Shown: in pieces, positions 42,438 to 51,824 of the stretch
Numbering within the stretch: the stretch's first letter is position 1
Layout of the letters: each line of letters begins with the position of its first letter
Assembly (NCBI GenBank): GCA_017436675.1
Contig: JAFSCS010000042.1
Location: 18,604 to 82,603, forward strand
From: Clostridia bacterium
Lineage (GTDB): Bacteria > Bacillota > Clostridia > Oscillospirales > CAG-382
Direction of reading: 5' to 3'
Length of the DNA stretch: 64,000 nucleotides
Notes under the pieces: generated by a model
Databases searched by the model: none
The model's input: the letters and a program-made list of their open reading frames with translations, nothing else
Told to the model about the DNA's origin: nothing
Made by a program: the position numbers and the translations under genes

Positions 42438-43856
42438 ATGAAAAAACTTATAATTTTATTGCTATTATTTTCATTAACACTTGGGTTATTAGCATCTTGT
42501 ACGCCGAATGACACTTCTTCGGTTGGAGAGATTTCTAAAGATATATCAAACGAAATTTCCACCGATATGTCAGATGAAGTTTCGACAGAAGAATCCAACA
42601 CTGTTGTCGAAGTCACTGACGAGGCAGTTATTGCCGAGATAAAGGCGCTTTTGGAGAAGTATAACGAATACGTTCTTATCGTAAATATGTGCGAGGGATC
42701 GTTGAAGTATGAGGGTGAAGCTATTGACTACACCATTTCATACGAGCAATGGTTCAACATAGATATTACAAAAGAGAACTATGATGCTCTTCCAAGTCCA
42801 CCTATTCTTGATTTCAACGGTTACAAAATAGTTGATGAGCGTTTTTCTGATATCGATTCGTTTCAAAAGCTTCTTGAGGGAATTTATATTTCGGAATTAG
42901 CTGAGATGTATTACAGATCAGAGTTTGCGTTTTGTTGGGAAGATAAGGATTCACCCTTTGACCACAAATACGATTCGTTTTCAAGATATCCGCGATTCAA
43001 TTTCTTTGATGGTTATAATTATTCCACTTTGAAGTTTACCGACAATGCTACCTTGAGAAAACGTTACATTGATATTGACAGTATTGCCGTTTTTGAAGGC
43101 TCAAAGGGATACGTTGTAACGGCAAGAGGCTCTTCTTTGTTCAAGGACGGAAAGGTGCAAGATGCTGATTCTGACGTTAAATTTCTTATTACGGACGAAA
43201 ACGGGGCTTTGAAAATTTCAGAATTTGAGGCGAAGCGTGATCACATTACTGACGAAAAAACTTCATCCGCTCAAGAGAAGCTTGAGAATTTCTTCAAAGA
43301 ATTCGGCTCGATCACATCGTTGATACGCGAAAGCGATGAAGTAACATTGAATACCGATAGTGATCCAAGCTATCTTTATTATTTCTATATCAGAGATGAC
43401 AACATTGAAGCTTACTTAACAGAAGATGATATTTTCAAGAGCATTGTTGACGTTTATGACTGGGTAAATAGTTTTTATTACACCACAAGCGCAGAAAATT
43501 ATTTCACAAGGTCTGTTTTTGGCACCTTCGATCCTGCGGGGTGTGTGTTTCCAACATTCATTTACTCAACAGCTTTTCCCGATAAGCTTTATTTAAATAA
43601 AGCTGCCTTGAATTCCGGATCCCCGCTTGGTCAAGCACATAACATTGACGAAGACTTTATTGATGGATTTGAGTTCAAAAAAACAGAAAGCGGCTATCTT
43701 GCATATTATTTTGACGGAGAATATTATCTTTTATTCTACCTTGATGAAATCGACTTGTTTGGAGACGGGGATTATTCTTTAAGAATAAAAAATTCGAGGG
43801 AAACAAAAGAAAAATACCTCACCGACGAGGAAAAGGCACTTTTGGGGATAGAATAA
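42438..43856 (+). CDS. lipoprotein, paralog 3
   Basis: Lipobox LGLLASC and the linker ISKDISNEISTDMSDEVSTEES. Shared motifs: EKYNEYVLIVNMCEG, RYIDIDSIAVFEGSKGYVVTARGSSLFKDGKVQDADSDVKF, VDVYDWVNSFY. The C-terminus is LTDEEKALLGIE. Confidence 0.82.
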   Translation: MKKLIILLLLFSLTLGLLASCTPNDTSSVGEISKDISNEISTDMSDEVSTEESNTVVEVTDEAVIAEIKALLEKYNEYVLIVNMCEGSLKYEGEAIDYTISYEQWFNIDITKENYDALPSPPILDFNGYKIVDERFSDIDSFQKLLEGIYISELAEMYYRSEFAFCWEDKDSPFDHKYDSFSRYPRFNFFDGYNYSTLKFTDNATLRKRYIDIDSIAVFEGSKGYVVTARGSSLFKDGKVQDADSDVKFLITDENGALKISEFEAKRDHITDEKTSSAQEKLENFFKEFGSITSLIRESDEVTLNTDSDPSYLYYFYIRDDNIEAYLTEDDIFKSIVDVYDWVNSFYYTTSAENYFTRSVFGTFDPAGCVFPTFIYSTAFPDKLYLNKAALNSGSPLGQAHNIDEDFIDGFEFKKTESGYLAYYFDGEYYLLFYLDEIDLFGDGDYSLRIKNSRETKEKYLTDEEKALLGIE

Positions 43857-43880
43857 CGACCTAACGGATCTATGCAACAT

Positions 43881-44123
43881 AAAAAGACGGCAATTTATTT
43901 GCCGCCTTTTTTAATTCGTGAAATTTGGTCACCATAAGGCGACGGCTTGGCTGTTATATCCAAGGGGCTATGCGCCCCTTGACCCGCACAATTTTTTGAA
44001 AAAATTGAGTAAAACTTTAAAATCCTTGGTGATATAATAGTTTCGATACAATCAAGTCATCCCCAAAATTAAAGTTTTTTGGGGAGAGTTTGAGAACCCC
44101 TTTTTTTCAAAAAAGGGGTTCTC
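43881..44123 (+). repeat. mosaic intergenic repeat, family F
   Basis: It starts with the terminator-like aaaaagacggcaa-ttta-tttgccgcctttttt. It ends with ccccaaaattaaagttttttgggg and gagaacccc-tttttttcaaaaaa-ggggttctc (44092-44123), next to the mutS2 stop. It aligns with 32848-33195 and inverted 20763-20925. Confidence 0.85.
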
Positions 44124-44135
44124 ATAGAAAAAACT

Positions 44136-46499
44136 CTATTTCAATTCAAGAACGGTAACACCGCTGTCGCCCTCGCCGTAAGTGCCGAGACGGTATGATT
44201 TTACACGTCTGTCGTGGCGCAGGTTGTTCCAAATAGCCGTGCGAAGCGCACCCGTGCCCTTGCCGTGAATGATGTTCACCGAGCTGTAGCCCTCGAGTAT
44301 CGCCGTGTCGATGTATCTGTCGATCATAAACCACGCATCGTCACCGTATTGACCGCGAACGTCGATCTCGTGCTTGAGGTCGTGTGTGCGCTGCGGAACG
44401 ACGTTTCTCGTCTTTTTCTTTTCTTGAACGGGAACGTCAACACAAAGCTTGAGCTGTGTCAACGGCACCTTCATCGTCAGCTTGTCGAATTGCACCATCG
44501 CATTCTTGCTGTCGACCGATTCAACGGTACCGACCTTGCTCATTCCCTTGACCATAACTCTGTCGCCCTTGCGAAGCTCACGCGGTAGCGTGTAGTTCTC
44601 GTCCTCGAGCGTCGCCGGATCGATCCGCGTCGAGCCCGATTTCAGCGAGTCACGAATGTTGTTTCTCGCTTCTTCAAGCGCCTTTGCGTAGTTTTCCTTG
44701 TCCTTGTTCTTCTTTGCTTCTTCGAGCTGTGCAAGTACGTAATCGCTCGTCGCACGTGCATTTTTGAGTATCTGCTCCGCTTGAACGACCGCACGCTCAG
44801 CCTCCTTGTTTGCCTTCTCAACGAGCGCGTCACATTCCGCCTTCGTCTTTGCGATAGCCGTGTCCGCCTCGATCCGTGCAAGCCGTGCCGCCTCGCGTTC
44901 GCCCTGCATCTCGTGTTCGGTAGCCTGTAGCTTCGTGATTATGTCCTCAAACCGCTTGTTCTCGTCGCTCATCAGCTCGCGCGCCCTGTCGATTATCGAC
45001 TCGTCGATCCCGAGCCTCGTCGAGATAGCAAAAGCGTTCGACCTTCCGGGAATGCCCGTGATAATGCGGTACGTCGGCTTCAGCGTCTCAACGTCGAATT
45101 CGCACGACGCGTTGAGCACGTTCTCGTTTTCGAGCGCATACATCTTTATCTCCGCATAGTGCGTTGTCGCCATCGTGAACGCACCGAGCGAGCGTATCTT
45201 TTCAATAATGGAAATTGCAAGCGCAGCACCCTCAACGGGGTCGGTACCGGCACCAAGCTCGTCGAAAAGCACAAGTGAGCGGTTCGATGCAATTCCGATA
45301 ATATCAACAATGTTTGAAATGTGTGACGAGAACGTCGAAAGCGATTGCTCAATGCTCTGTTCGTCACCGATATCGGGCAATACCGCATCAAAAATAGGCA
45401 TTTTCGTACCATCGGTGCAGGGAAGATGAAGTCCGCATTGTGCCATCAACGCGAAAAGCCCGACCGTCTTCAACGTAACCGTCTTACCACCCGTGTTCGG
45501 GCCCGTAATAACGACAGTATCTATCTCCTCGCCGATCTCAAGCGTCAACGGAACGACCGTCTCCTTCGGGAGAAGCGGGTGTCGTCCTTTTTTGATAACG
45601 ATGCTCGAGCGTTGCTCGGTCAGCTCGATCTGAGCACAGTTAAGCCTGAACGAAAGCTCCGCCTTCGCGAAAATGACAGCCAACTCAACGAGCGCATTGT
45701 AGCTTCGAAGCAACGTGTCAGCAAAATTGCCTACCTTTGAGGAAAGCTCATAAAGTATCCTCTCGATCTCCGCCGCTTCCTTGACCTTCAATTCGCGAAG
45801 CGTGTTGTTTGCTTCGAGTATCGCAATAGGCTCAATAAAGAGCGTCGCACCCGAAGCGGAGGTGTCGTGAAGCAGCCCCTTCACCTCGTTTCTGTATTCC
45901 GCCTTAACGGGAATAACGAATCTGCCGCCGCGCATCGTAACGATGTTTTCCTGCAAATATTTGTTCTGCGGTCCGCCGGTGTATTTCGAGAGCGTGTCAC
46001 GAATGCTGTTCTCGGCTTTTCGCATATTTCGTCTGATAGTGTATAGTGTGTCGCTCGCATCGTCGGAAATAATATCCTCCGCAACGATAGCGAGAGAAAT
46101 AGCCTTCTCAAGAAATTGATTTGGCATAAGTGTGTCAAAATATACCGAAAGACTGCTCCATTTCGGATCAGCACCGCGATATTTCGACATAGTGGCAATA
46201 GTCCTCAAGACCGAAGCAACGTCCAAAAGCTCCCTCGGCGAAAGCGAAGCACCCTTTTGCGCTCGTTCGACCGACGATGTGATGTCCTTCATATTTCCGA
46301 ACGACGGCGCGCCGTGTACCGTCACGAGATTTTTTGCAGTGGTCGTCTCGTCTTGAAGCAGTATAACTCGCTCAAATACAGTTTCGGGCTTGAGCGATAA
46401 TATTTTTTCCTTCGCCCCCTCAGCATAAGTGCATTCGGCAAGAAGCGAAAGTATTTTAGAGAACTCGAGTATCCTCGAGGCTCGTTCAAAACCGATCAT
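44136..46499 (-). CDS. mutS2: endonuclease MutS2 (MutS domain V ATPase plus C-terminal Smr)
   Basis: Walker A ITGPNTGGKTV, then LVLFDELGAGTDP, a coiled-coil middle region, and a Smr domain (IDVRGQ...IIHGKGTGALR). Confidence 0.93.
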   Translation of the reverse strand: MIGFERASRILEFSKILSLLAECTYAEGAKEKILSLKPETVFERVILLQDETTTAKNLVTVHGAPSFGNMKDITSSVERAQKGASLSPRELLDVASVLRTIATMSKYRGADPKWSSLSVYFDTLMPNQFLEKAISLAIVAEDIISDDASDTLYTIRRNMRKAENSIRDTLSKYTGGPQNKYLQENIVTMRGGRFVIPVKAEYRNEVKGLLHDTSASGATLFIEPIAILEANNTLRELKVKEAAEIERILYELSSKVGNFADTLLRSYNALVELAVIFAKAELSFRLNCAQIELTEQRSSIVIKKGRHPLLPKETVVPLTLEIGEEIDTVVITGPNTGGKTVTLKTVGLFALMAQCGLHLPCTDGTKMPIFDAVLPDIGDEQSIEQSLSTFSSHISNIVDIIGIASNRSLVLFDELGAGTDPVEGAALAISIIEKIRSLGAFTMATTHYAEIKMYALENENVLNASCEFDVETLKPTYRIITGIPGRSNAFAISTRLGIDESIIDRARELMSDENKRFEDIITKLQATEHEMQGEREAARLARIEADTAIAKTKAECDALVEKANKEAERAVVQAEQILKNARATSDYVLAQLEEAKKNKDKENYAKALEEARNNIRDSLKSGSTRIDPATLEDENYTLPRELRKGDRVMVKGMSKVGTVESVDSKNAMVQFDKLTMKVPLTQLKLCVDVPVQEKKKTRNVVPQRTHDLKHEIDVRGQYGDDAWFMIDRYIDTAILEGYSSVNIIHGKGTGALRTAIWNNLRHDRRVKSYRLGTYGEGDSGVTVLELK

Positions 46500-46529
46500 A
46501 ATAAATACCTAACTAAATGTCTGTGATCC

Positions 46530-47267
46530 TTATAACATATTCTTGTAAAAATCGAGCTTGGTCGTGTTTATCCCCGTCATATTTATCAAAAAACGTTCGG
46601 AAAGCCGAGAAAGCGTCAGCGCATCATCGTCAGAGACCGAAAACATAAATACCCTTTTCGGAGGACTCATCGCAATATATTTCATCGCGAGATAAGTGTC
46701 TCTCTTTAAAAACATCCTCTCGCCCTGCTTCGAGCCGCATTCGGCACAAAACAGCTCTCCCGAGGTGTAGTCGAAAATAACGTCACCCTTCGGCTCCGCA
46801 CCGCAGTTCACACAAATAAGCTCGGGACAAAACCCAATGAGAAACAATACCCTCAGCTCAAATACCGCCTTGATAAGCGTGTGCTTGTCGGGATTTTTCG
46901 AAAGATACCAAAGACTGTTCAGAAGCAATCTGAATATCTCCCCCTGCTCGCCCTCGCCAACGCTCACGGACGATGCGACCTCGCATATCCAACAAGCAAG
47001 CGATAACGACACAAGATCCTCGTTAAGCTCAAAAAAAACGTCCTTGACCGTCGCCTCGGTGAGCGTCAAAAAATTGCCCTTTTGATATATCGTCATATCG
47101 GAATAAGCAAACAATTGACTCGACGCAAAAAGGGAAGAGGTAAGCTTCGTTCCGCCCTTGGTCGATATCTTCAAAACACCGAGATTGGGCGTCAAAACAG
47201 TCAAAAGCTTTCCGTTCTCGCCTTGCTTCTTTTCACCGATAACAAGTCCTTGAATGTCAGTATACAT
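46530..47267 (-). CDS. recO: DNA repair protein RecO
   Basis: OB-fold N-terminus (GLVIGEKKQGENGKLLTVLT) and a zinc module CVNCG...CAECG. It is located after era, as usual. Confidence 0.85.
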   Translation of the reverse strand: MYTDIQGLVIGEKKQGENGKLLTVLTPNLGVLKISTKGGTKLTSSLFASSQLFAYSDMTIYQKGNFLTLTEATVKDVFFELNEDLVSLSLACWICEVASSVSVGEGEQGEIFRLLLNSLWYLSKNPDKHTLIKAVFELRVLFLIGFCPELICVNCGAEPKGDVIFDYTSGELFCAECGSKQGERMFLKRDTYLAMKYIAMSPPKRVFMFSVSDDDALTLSRLSERFLINMTGINTTKLDFYKNML

Positions 47268-48154
47268 CAGTTTTCATCCTTGAAACCGAAGTTGGATAAA
47301 AGCGTCGGTCTGTCTCTCCAGTTTTCCTTCACCTTCACCCAAAGGTCGAGATAAACGTTGATCCCGAAAAACTCAGCCGCATCCTGACGCGCATAAGTAC
47401 CGATCTTTTTGAGCATCTCACCGTTCTTGCCGATGATGATGCGCTTGTGCGACTCGCGCTCACAATAGATCTCCGCACGAATTGAGATAACGTTCTTCTT
47501 CTCCTTGAATTCCTCGATAACAACGGCAACACCGTGCGGTATCTCGTCGTCGGTGAGACGGAGTATCTTTTCTCTGATCATCTCCGCAACGAGCTGCTTT
47601 TCGGGCATATCCGTCAAAATATCATCGGGGAAGAAGTGCGGACTTTCAATAAGAAGCGGTTCAAGCTCCTCGAAAATGATGTCGATGCCGTCCTTGTTGA
47701 GTGCGGATATCGGAATGACCGCGTGAAAATCATATTGCTCCGAAACCGATTTGATGGTCTCGGCAAGCACGACCTTGTTGACCTTGTCTATCTTGTTAAT
47801 AATAAGTATAACTCTGCTTCCGTTCTTCGAAAGACGTTCGAGCGTCTTCTTTTCGCTGTCGCCGAGCTTTGCATCAGCTTCAATAACGAAAAGCGTGACG
47901 TCCGTGTCGCCGATAGCCTGACCGACGGAATGCATCATAAAGTCACCGAGCTTCGTCTTCGGCTTGTGAAGACCGGGTGTGTCAATAAAAACGTATTGTG
48001 TCTCATCCTTCGTGAGAACACCGACAATGCGGTTTCTCGTCGTCTGCGGTTTAGCCGAAACGATAGCGATCTTCTCGCCGATGAGCGCATTGAGAAGCGT
48101 CGATTTACCAACGTTCGGTCTTCCGCAAATAAGTATAAAAGCTGTCTTTTCCAT
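47267..48154 (-). CDS. era: GTPase Era
   Basis: G1 GRPNVGKSTL, G3 DTPG, G4 NKID, and a KH domain (IYCERESHKRIIIGKNG). It overlaps the recO start by 1 nt. Confidence 0.95.
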   Translation of the reverse strand: MEKTAFILICGRPNVGKSTLLNALIGEKIAIVSAKPQTTRNRIVGVLTKDETQYVFIDTPGLHKPKTKLGDFMMHSVGQAIGDTDVTLFVIEADAKLGDSEKKTLERLSKNGSRVILIINKIDKVNKVVLAETIKSVSEQYDFHAVIPISALNKDGIDIIFEELEPLLIESPHFFPDDILTDMPEKQLVAEMIREKILRLTDDEIPHGVAVVIEEFKEKKNVISIRAEIYCERESHKRIIIGKNGEMLKKIGTYARQDAAEFFGINVYLDLWVKVKENWRDRPTLLSNFGFKDEN

Positions 48155-48176
48155 TCTATATCACCAAAATGATCCT

Positions 48177-48659
48177 TTATCTGTAAATTTCCAATAGATC
48201 CATGATCTCTCTTTGCTTTTCCTCCATCAAAGCTCTGTCTCCGTCTTCGATGTGATCGTATCCAACGAGATGCAAGACCGAATGTACCGAGAGAAACGCC
48301 ACCTCGCGAAGAAGCGAGTGCCCGAATTCCTCCGCTTGACGAATAGCCGTGTCGGCGGAAATTATGATGTCACCGAGAAGCACAGTTCCGTCCTCCTCCT
48401 CGAACATATCCTCGTCGCAAAAGCAAGGCTCACAAAAATTCCAAATAGGAAATGATAAAACGTCAGTCGCACGATCGATCTCTCTTTGCTCCTTGTTGAT
48501 CTCGCGGATCTCCTCGTCGCTTGTGATAATGAGATTTGCACTATATCCCTCGTCGTCGAGAAGATAACTCATCGTCTTGTCAATAGCATCAATAACAATA
48601 GATAATATTTCGTCGTCAAATTCGACTTCTTTTGAAAGATAGATCCTATTTTTGCTCAT
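48177..48659 (-). CDS. ybeY: rRNA maturation RNase YbeY
   Basis: Start moved to MSKNRIYL, giving 161 aa. It has the H..LHL.GYDH zinc motif (HSVLHLVGYDH). The listed 80-aa N-terminal extension runs antisense-free but overlaps phoH and looks non-genic. Confidence 0.88.
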   Translation of the reverse strand: MSKNRIYLSKEVEFDDEILSIVIDAIDKTMSYLLDDEGYSANLIITSDEEIREINKEQREIDRATDVLSFPIWNFCEPCFCDEDMFEEEDGTVLLGDIIISADTAIRQAEEFGHSLLREVAFLSVHSVLHLVGYDHIEDGDRALMEEKQREIMDLLEIYR

Positions 48660-49665
48660 TTGGAACTCTCCTGAAAGTCCTCGGCTTTTCCTCGGGCTTG
48701 GATTTTTCATATTTATCGTATGCAAGTATGATCTTTTGTACGAGCGGATGACGAACAACGTCTCGGTATGAGAAGTGGAAGATCGAGATCCCCTCGATCC
48801 CCTCGAGTATCTTGATAGCCTCCGCAAGTCCGCTCTTTTTGAGATACGGGAGGTCGATCTGTGTAACGTCGCCCGTAACGATAGCCTTCGAGTTGTTTCC
48901 AAGCCTCGTCAAAAACATCTTCATCTGCTCGGGCGTCGTGTTTTGAGCCTCGTCGAGTATAATGAACGCATCGTCGAGCGTTCTGCCGCGCATATACGCC
49001 AACGGGGCGATCTCGATAGTTCCTTTTTCAACGTAGTTGCGGAACGTCTCGCCGCCGAGCATCTCGGAAAGTGCATCATAAAGCGGACGAAGATAGGGGT
49101 CGATCTTGCTTTGAAGGTCGCCGGGCAAAAAGCCGAGCTTTTCTCCCGCCTCAACAGCAGGACGAGTCAAAACGATCCTGTTGATCTGCTTTTGCTTGAG
49201 TGCGGTCACCGCGAGCGCAACGGCGAGAAACGTTTTTCCCGTTCCCGCAGGGCCGACACAAAGCACCACGTTGTTTTTTTGGATCTCCTTGACGTATTTC
49301 TTTTGTCCGACAGTACGAGCCTTGATAGGCTTGCCCTTGTTCGTAAGACAGATACAATCGTTGTATGCCTCGTCGAGCTCGTCGATCTTGTTGTCCTTGA
49401 TCATCGAGATAACGTAATTGATGCTGTTTTCATCGATCGAGTCGTTCAGCTTCGTGACAGCTGCAAGCTGAGTAACCGCAATAGCCGCATACTCGACCAT
49501 CCCCTCGTCGTCTCCGACGATGGTGATCCCTTGCTCCTTGTTCGCGAGTCTGACCGAAAACGCCTTTTCAATAAGATGAACGTTTCCGTCAAGCGCGCCG
49601 AAAAGCTTATAAACAAAATCTGTGTCAAGAGATTCAAGAATTCTTTCATACATGATCGCATCCAC
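48646..49665 (-). CDS. phoH: PhoH-family ATPase
   Basis: Walker A GPAGTGKTFLAVALAV, Walker B FIILDEAQN, then TGDVTQIDL. Confidence 0.92.
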   Translation of the reverse strand: MDAIMYERILESLDTDFVYKLFGALDGNVHLIEKAFSVRLANKEQGITIVGDDEGMVEYAAIAVTQLAAVTKLNDSIDENSINYVISMIKDNKIDELDEAYNDCICLTNKGKPIKARTVGQKKYVKEIQKNNVVLCVGPAGTGKTFLAVALAVTALKQKQINRIVLTRPAVEAGEKLGFLPGDLQSKIDPYLRPLYDALSEMLGGETFRNYVEKGTIEIAPLAYMRGRTLDDAFIILDEAQNTTPEQMKMFLTRLGNNSKAIVTGDVTQIDLPYLKKSGLAEAIKILEGIEGISIFHFSYRDVVRHPLVQKIILAYDKYEKSKPEEKPRTFRRVPNEQK

Positions 49666-49832
49666 CTCCGAATACCCATAAATCTACATTTTGATTATAT
49701 CATATAATTAGACCAATGTCAAAACTATTTTCCCAAAAAACATAGTAATAATACACGTTTTTTCGAAAATCGATTGATTTTAAAAAATAAATATGCTAAA
49801 ATAATATGAATAATTAGTCAAGGAGATCGGTT

Positions 49833-49931
49833 ATGAACAAAAAAACTTTGATTCAAATTTTGTCTTTGGTACTTGCGGGACTTTTCGTACTATCGACAGT
49901 AGTCGGAATTATATATTCCATGTCGTTATAA
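49833..49931 (+). CDS. 32-aa single-TM micro-protein (not in ORF track)
   Basis: aAGGAGatcggttATG encodes MNKKTLIQILSLVLAGLFVLSTVVGIIYSMSL, with stop TAA at 49929-49931. It ends 10 nt before the next gene. Confidence 0.45.
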   Translation: MNKKTLIQILSLVLAGLFVLSTVVGIIYSMSL

Positions 49932-49941
49932 GGGTGAAAAT

Positions 49942-50577
49942 ATGAATGACTATATCCTCCGAACCGTTAAGGTCGGATTTATGAATACAAATTGCTATAT
50001 ACTGAAATCGAAAACGTCCGAGAACGCGATCGTCATCGATCCGGGCGAGGATGCAATAAAAATAAAAAGTGTGCTTCGTGATATGGATGCGAAATGTATC
50101 TTGATCCTCTTGACACACGGACATTTCGATCATATCCTCGGTGTAGAGAATATGAGAACGACTCGTGCGAAGGTCGCGATCCACGAGCTTGATGCACATA
50201 GCTTGACCGAAAAGGATGTCTTTTCGTCGATAATCCCGAAGGACGATCGCCCGTTTGCACCTGCCGATATATTGTTTACGGAGGAGGGCGACTATAAAGC
50301 CGAGGAGTTCACCTTCTCGCTCATCCATACCCCCGGTCATACCGAGGGTTCGGTGTGCTACGTCTTTGACGATATCATCTTCACGGGTGATACACTATTC
50401 AAAAACGCAATAGGCAGGACCGATTTCAGCGGAAGCGACCCCGAAAAAATGATAAGATCATTAAAACGACTCTATGACCTACCGGGTGACTATGGTATTT
50501 ACCCCGGCCACGAGGAAAAAACAGTGCTAAGCGATGAGCGAAAATATAATCCCTATATGAAAATGTTTAGGAATTGA
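49942..50577 (+). CDS. MBL-fold metallo-hydrolase (glyoxalase II-like)
   Basis: Motifs: LLTHGHFDHILG, HTPGHTEGS, GDTLF, PGHE. Confidence 0.88.
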   Translation: MNDYILRTVKVGFMNTNCYILKSKTSENAIVIDPGEDAIKIKSVLRDMDAKCILILLTHGHFDHILGVENMRTTRAKVAIHELDAHSLTEKDVFSSIIPKDDRPFAPADILFTEEGDYKAEEFTFSLIHTPGHTEGSVCYVFDDIIFTGDTLFKNAIGRTDFSGSDPEKMIRSLKRLYDLPGDYGIYPGHEEKTVLSDERKYNPYMKMFRN

Positions 50578-50650
50578 AAAAAGTAGAGAAATCAAAAATG
50601 TTCAGGAATTGAAAAAAGTAGAGAAATCAAAAATGTTTAGGAACTGAAAG
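50560..50650 (+). repeat. 35-bp direct tandem repeat, 2.6 copies, starting inside the 3' end of the MBL gene
   Basis: The unit aaaatgtt[tc]aggaattgaaaaaagtagagaaatca occurs at 50560-50594 and 50595-50629, with a partial copy at 50630-50650. The first copy contains the MBL stop codon. Confidence 0.9.
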
Positions 50651-50660
50651 GAACGAAAAA

Positions 50661-51728
50661 ATGAAGATCAGTGAACTCGATAAAAACCTTGCCGTCCAGT
50701 CGGAATTGACCGAAAAAAATGAAAACCTCGTGTTTTTGGACGCTACCGATGCTCCGATACAGCTGACGGGAGCTGCTGAGCCCTATGTAAGAGTGCCTCG
50801 GAAGATGATCGAAACGATGCGCCCCGGACTCGCGTGGCTTTCCCAATACACAAGCGGAATAAGAGTTCGCTTCCGTACGGATAGCCCGTATATCGTAATA
50901 AACGCGACCTTGCCGTCGGTAGACCTGATGTGCCATATGCCCTTGACGGGATCGTCGGGCTTTGACGTGTACGTCGGTGATACCTATGAGAATTTTGCCG
51001 CACCCGCAACGATCACGACGACTCACTTCGAAAAGATGATAACCTTCGTGACCGCAGGCGACGAGGACGGCTTCCGTGATATAACGATTAATTTCCCACT
51101 CTATAACAGAGTGACCTCGCTTTCGATCGGATTCGATAAAACGAAGTCGATCCAATCACCCAAAAAGCAAAAATACGGAAAGGTAGCCTTCTACGGCTCT
51201 TCGATAACCCAAGGCGGATGCGCCGCAAGACCGGGTAACAACTATTCCCAGATCCTCGCTCGTTGGCTTGATTTCGAGCCCGTGAACCTCGGTTATTCGG
51301 GTAACGCCTTTGGCGACCAAGTCAGTGCAGATTATATCGCATCCCTCGACCTCGATGCATTTGTAATGGACTATGACTTTAATGCAAGAAGCCTCGAGGA
51401 GCTCGAAGCTACCCACGAGCCGTTCTTTAAAACGATAAGAGCAAAGCAACCGACAACACCGATAATCTTCGTGTCAAACCCCGTCTCAACGTTGATGAAC
51501 AGAGAAGAGGAGGGAACAAAGCGTAAGGAGATAATTTTGCGTACCTATAATAACGCAAAAGCATCGGGCGACGAAAACGTTTGGTTCGTCGATGGCTTCA
51601 CACTGTTGGACGGACTCGATCCGCAGTGCTGCACAGTGGATAACCTCCACCCGACCGACCTCGGATTTTTGAGAATGGCAGAGCATATACTCCCCGCACT
51701 CCGTGAAGCACTTGAAAAAAATCAATGA
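50661..51728 (+). CDS. two-domain SGNH/GDSL hydrolase (N-terminal beta-sandwich-like plus SGNH esterase)
   Basis: SGNH blocks: VAFYGSSITQGG, LGYSGNAFG, and DNLHPTDLG (DxxH). Confidence 0.78.
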   Translation: MKISELDKNLAVQSELTEKNENLVFLDATDAPIQLTGAAEPYVRVPRKMIETMRPGLAWLSQYTSGIRVRFRTDSPYIVINATLPSVDLMCHMPLTGSSGFDVYVGDTYENFAAPATITTTHFEKMITFVTAGDEDGFRDITINFPLYNRVTSLSIGFDKTKSIQSPKKQKYGKVAFYGSSITQGGCAARPGNNYSQILARWLDFEPVNLGYSGNAFGDQVSADYIASLDLDAFVMDYDFNARSLEELEATHEPFFKTIRAKQPTTPIIFVSNPVSTLMNREEEGTKRKEIILRTYNNAKASGDENVWFVDGFTLLDGLDPQCCTVDNLHPTDLGFLRMAEHILPALREALEKNQ

Positions 51729-51824
51729 CATACTTTTCTTTGCGAGTTTACGTTTTTTCGTGAACTCGCATTTTTTCTTTTTTATCAGTCAATAATATTC
51801 CAAAAGCAAAAAAGGAAAAGAGCG

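Noticed and set aside
48660-48902. 81-codon N-terminal extension of the ybeY ORF.
   Set aside because: It is an Arg/Ser-rich low-complexity translation that lies within the 3' part of phoH in another frame. YbeY proteins are about 150-165 aa, and MSKNRIYL at 48659 gives that size.
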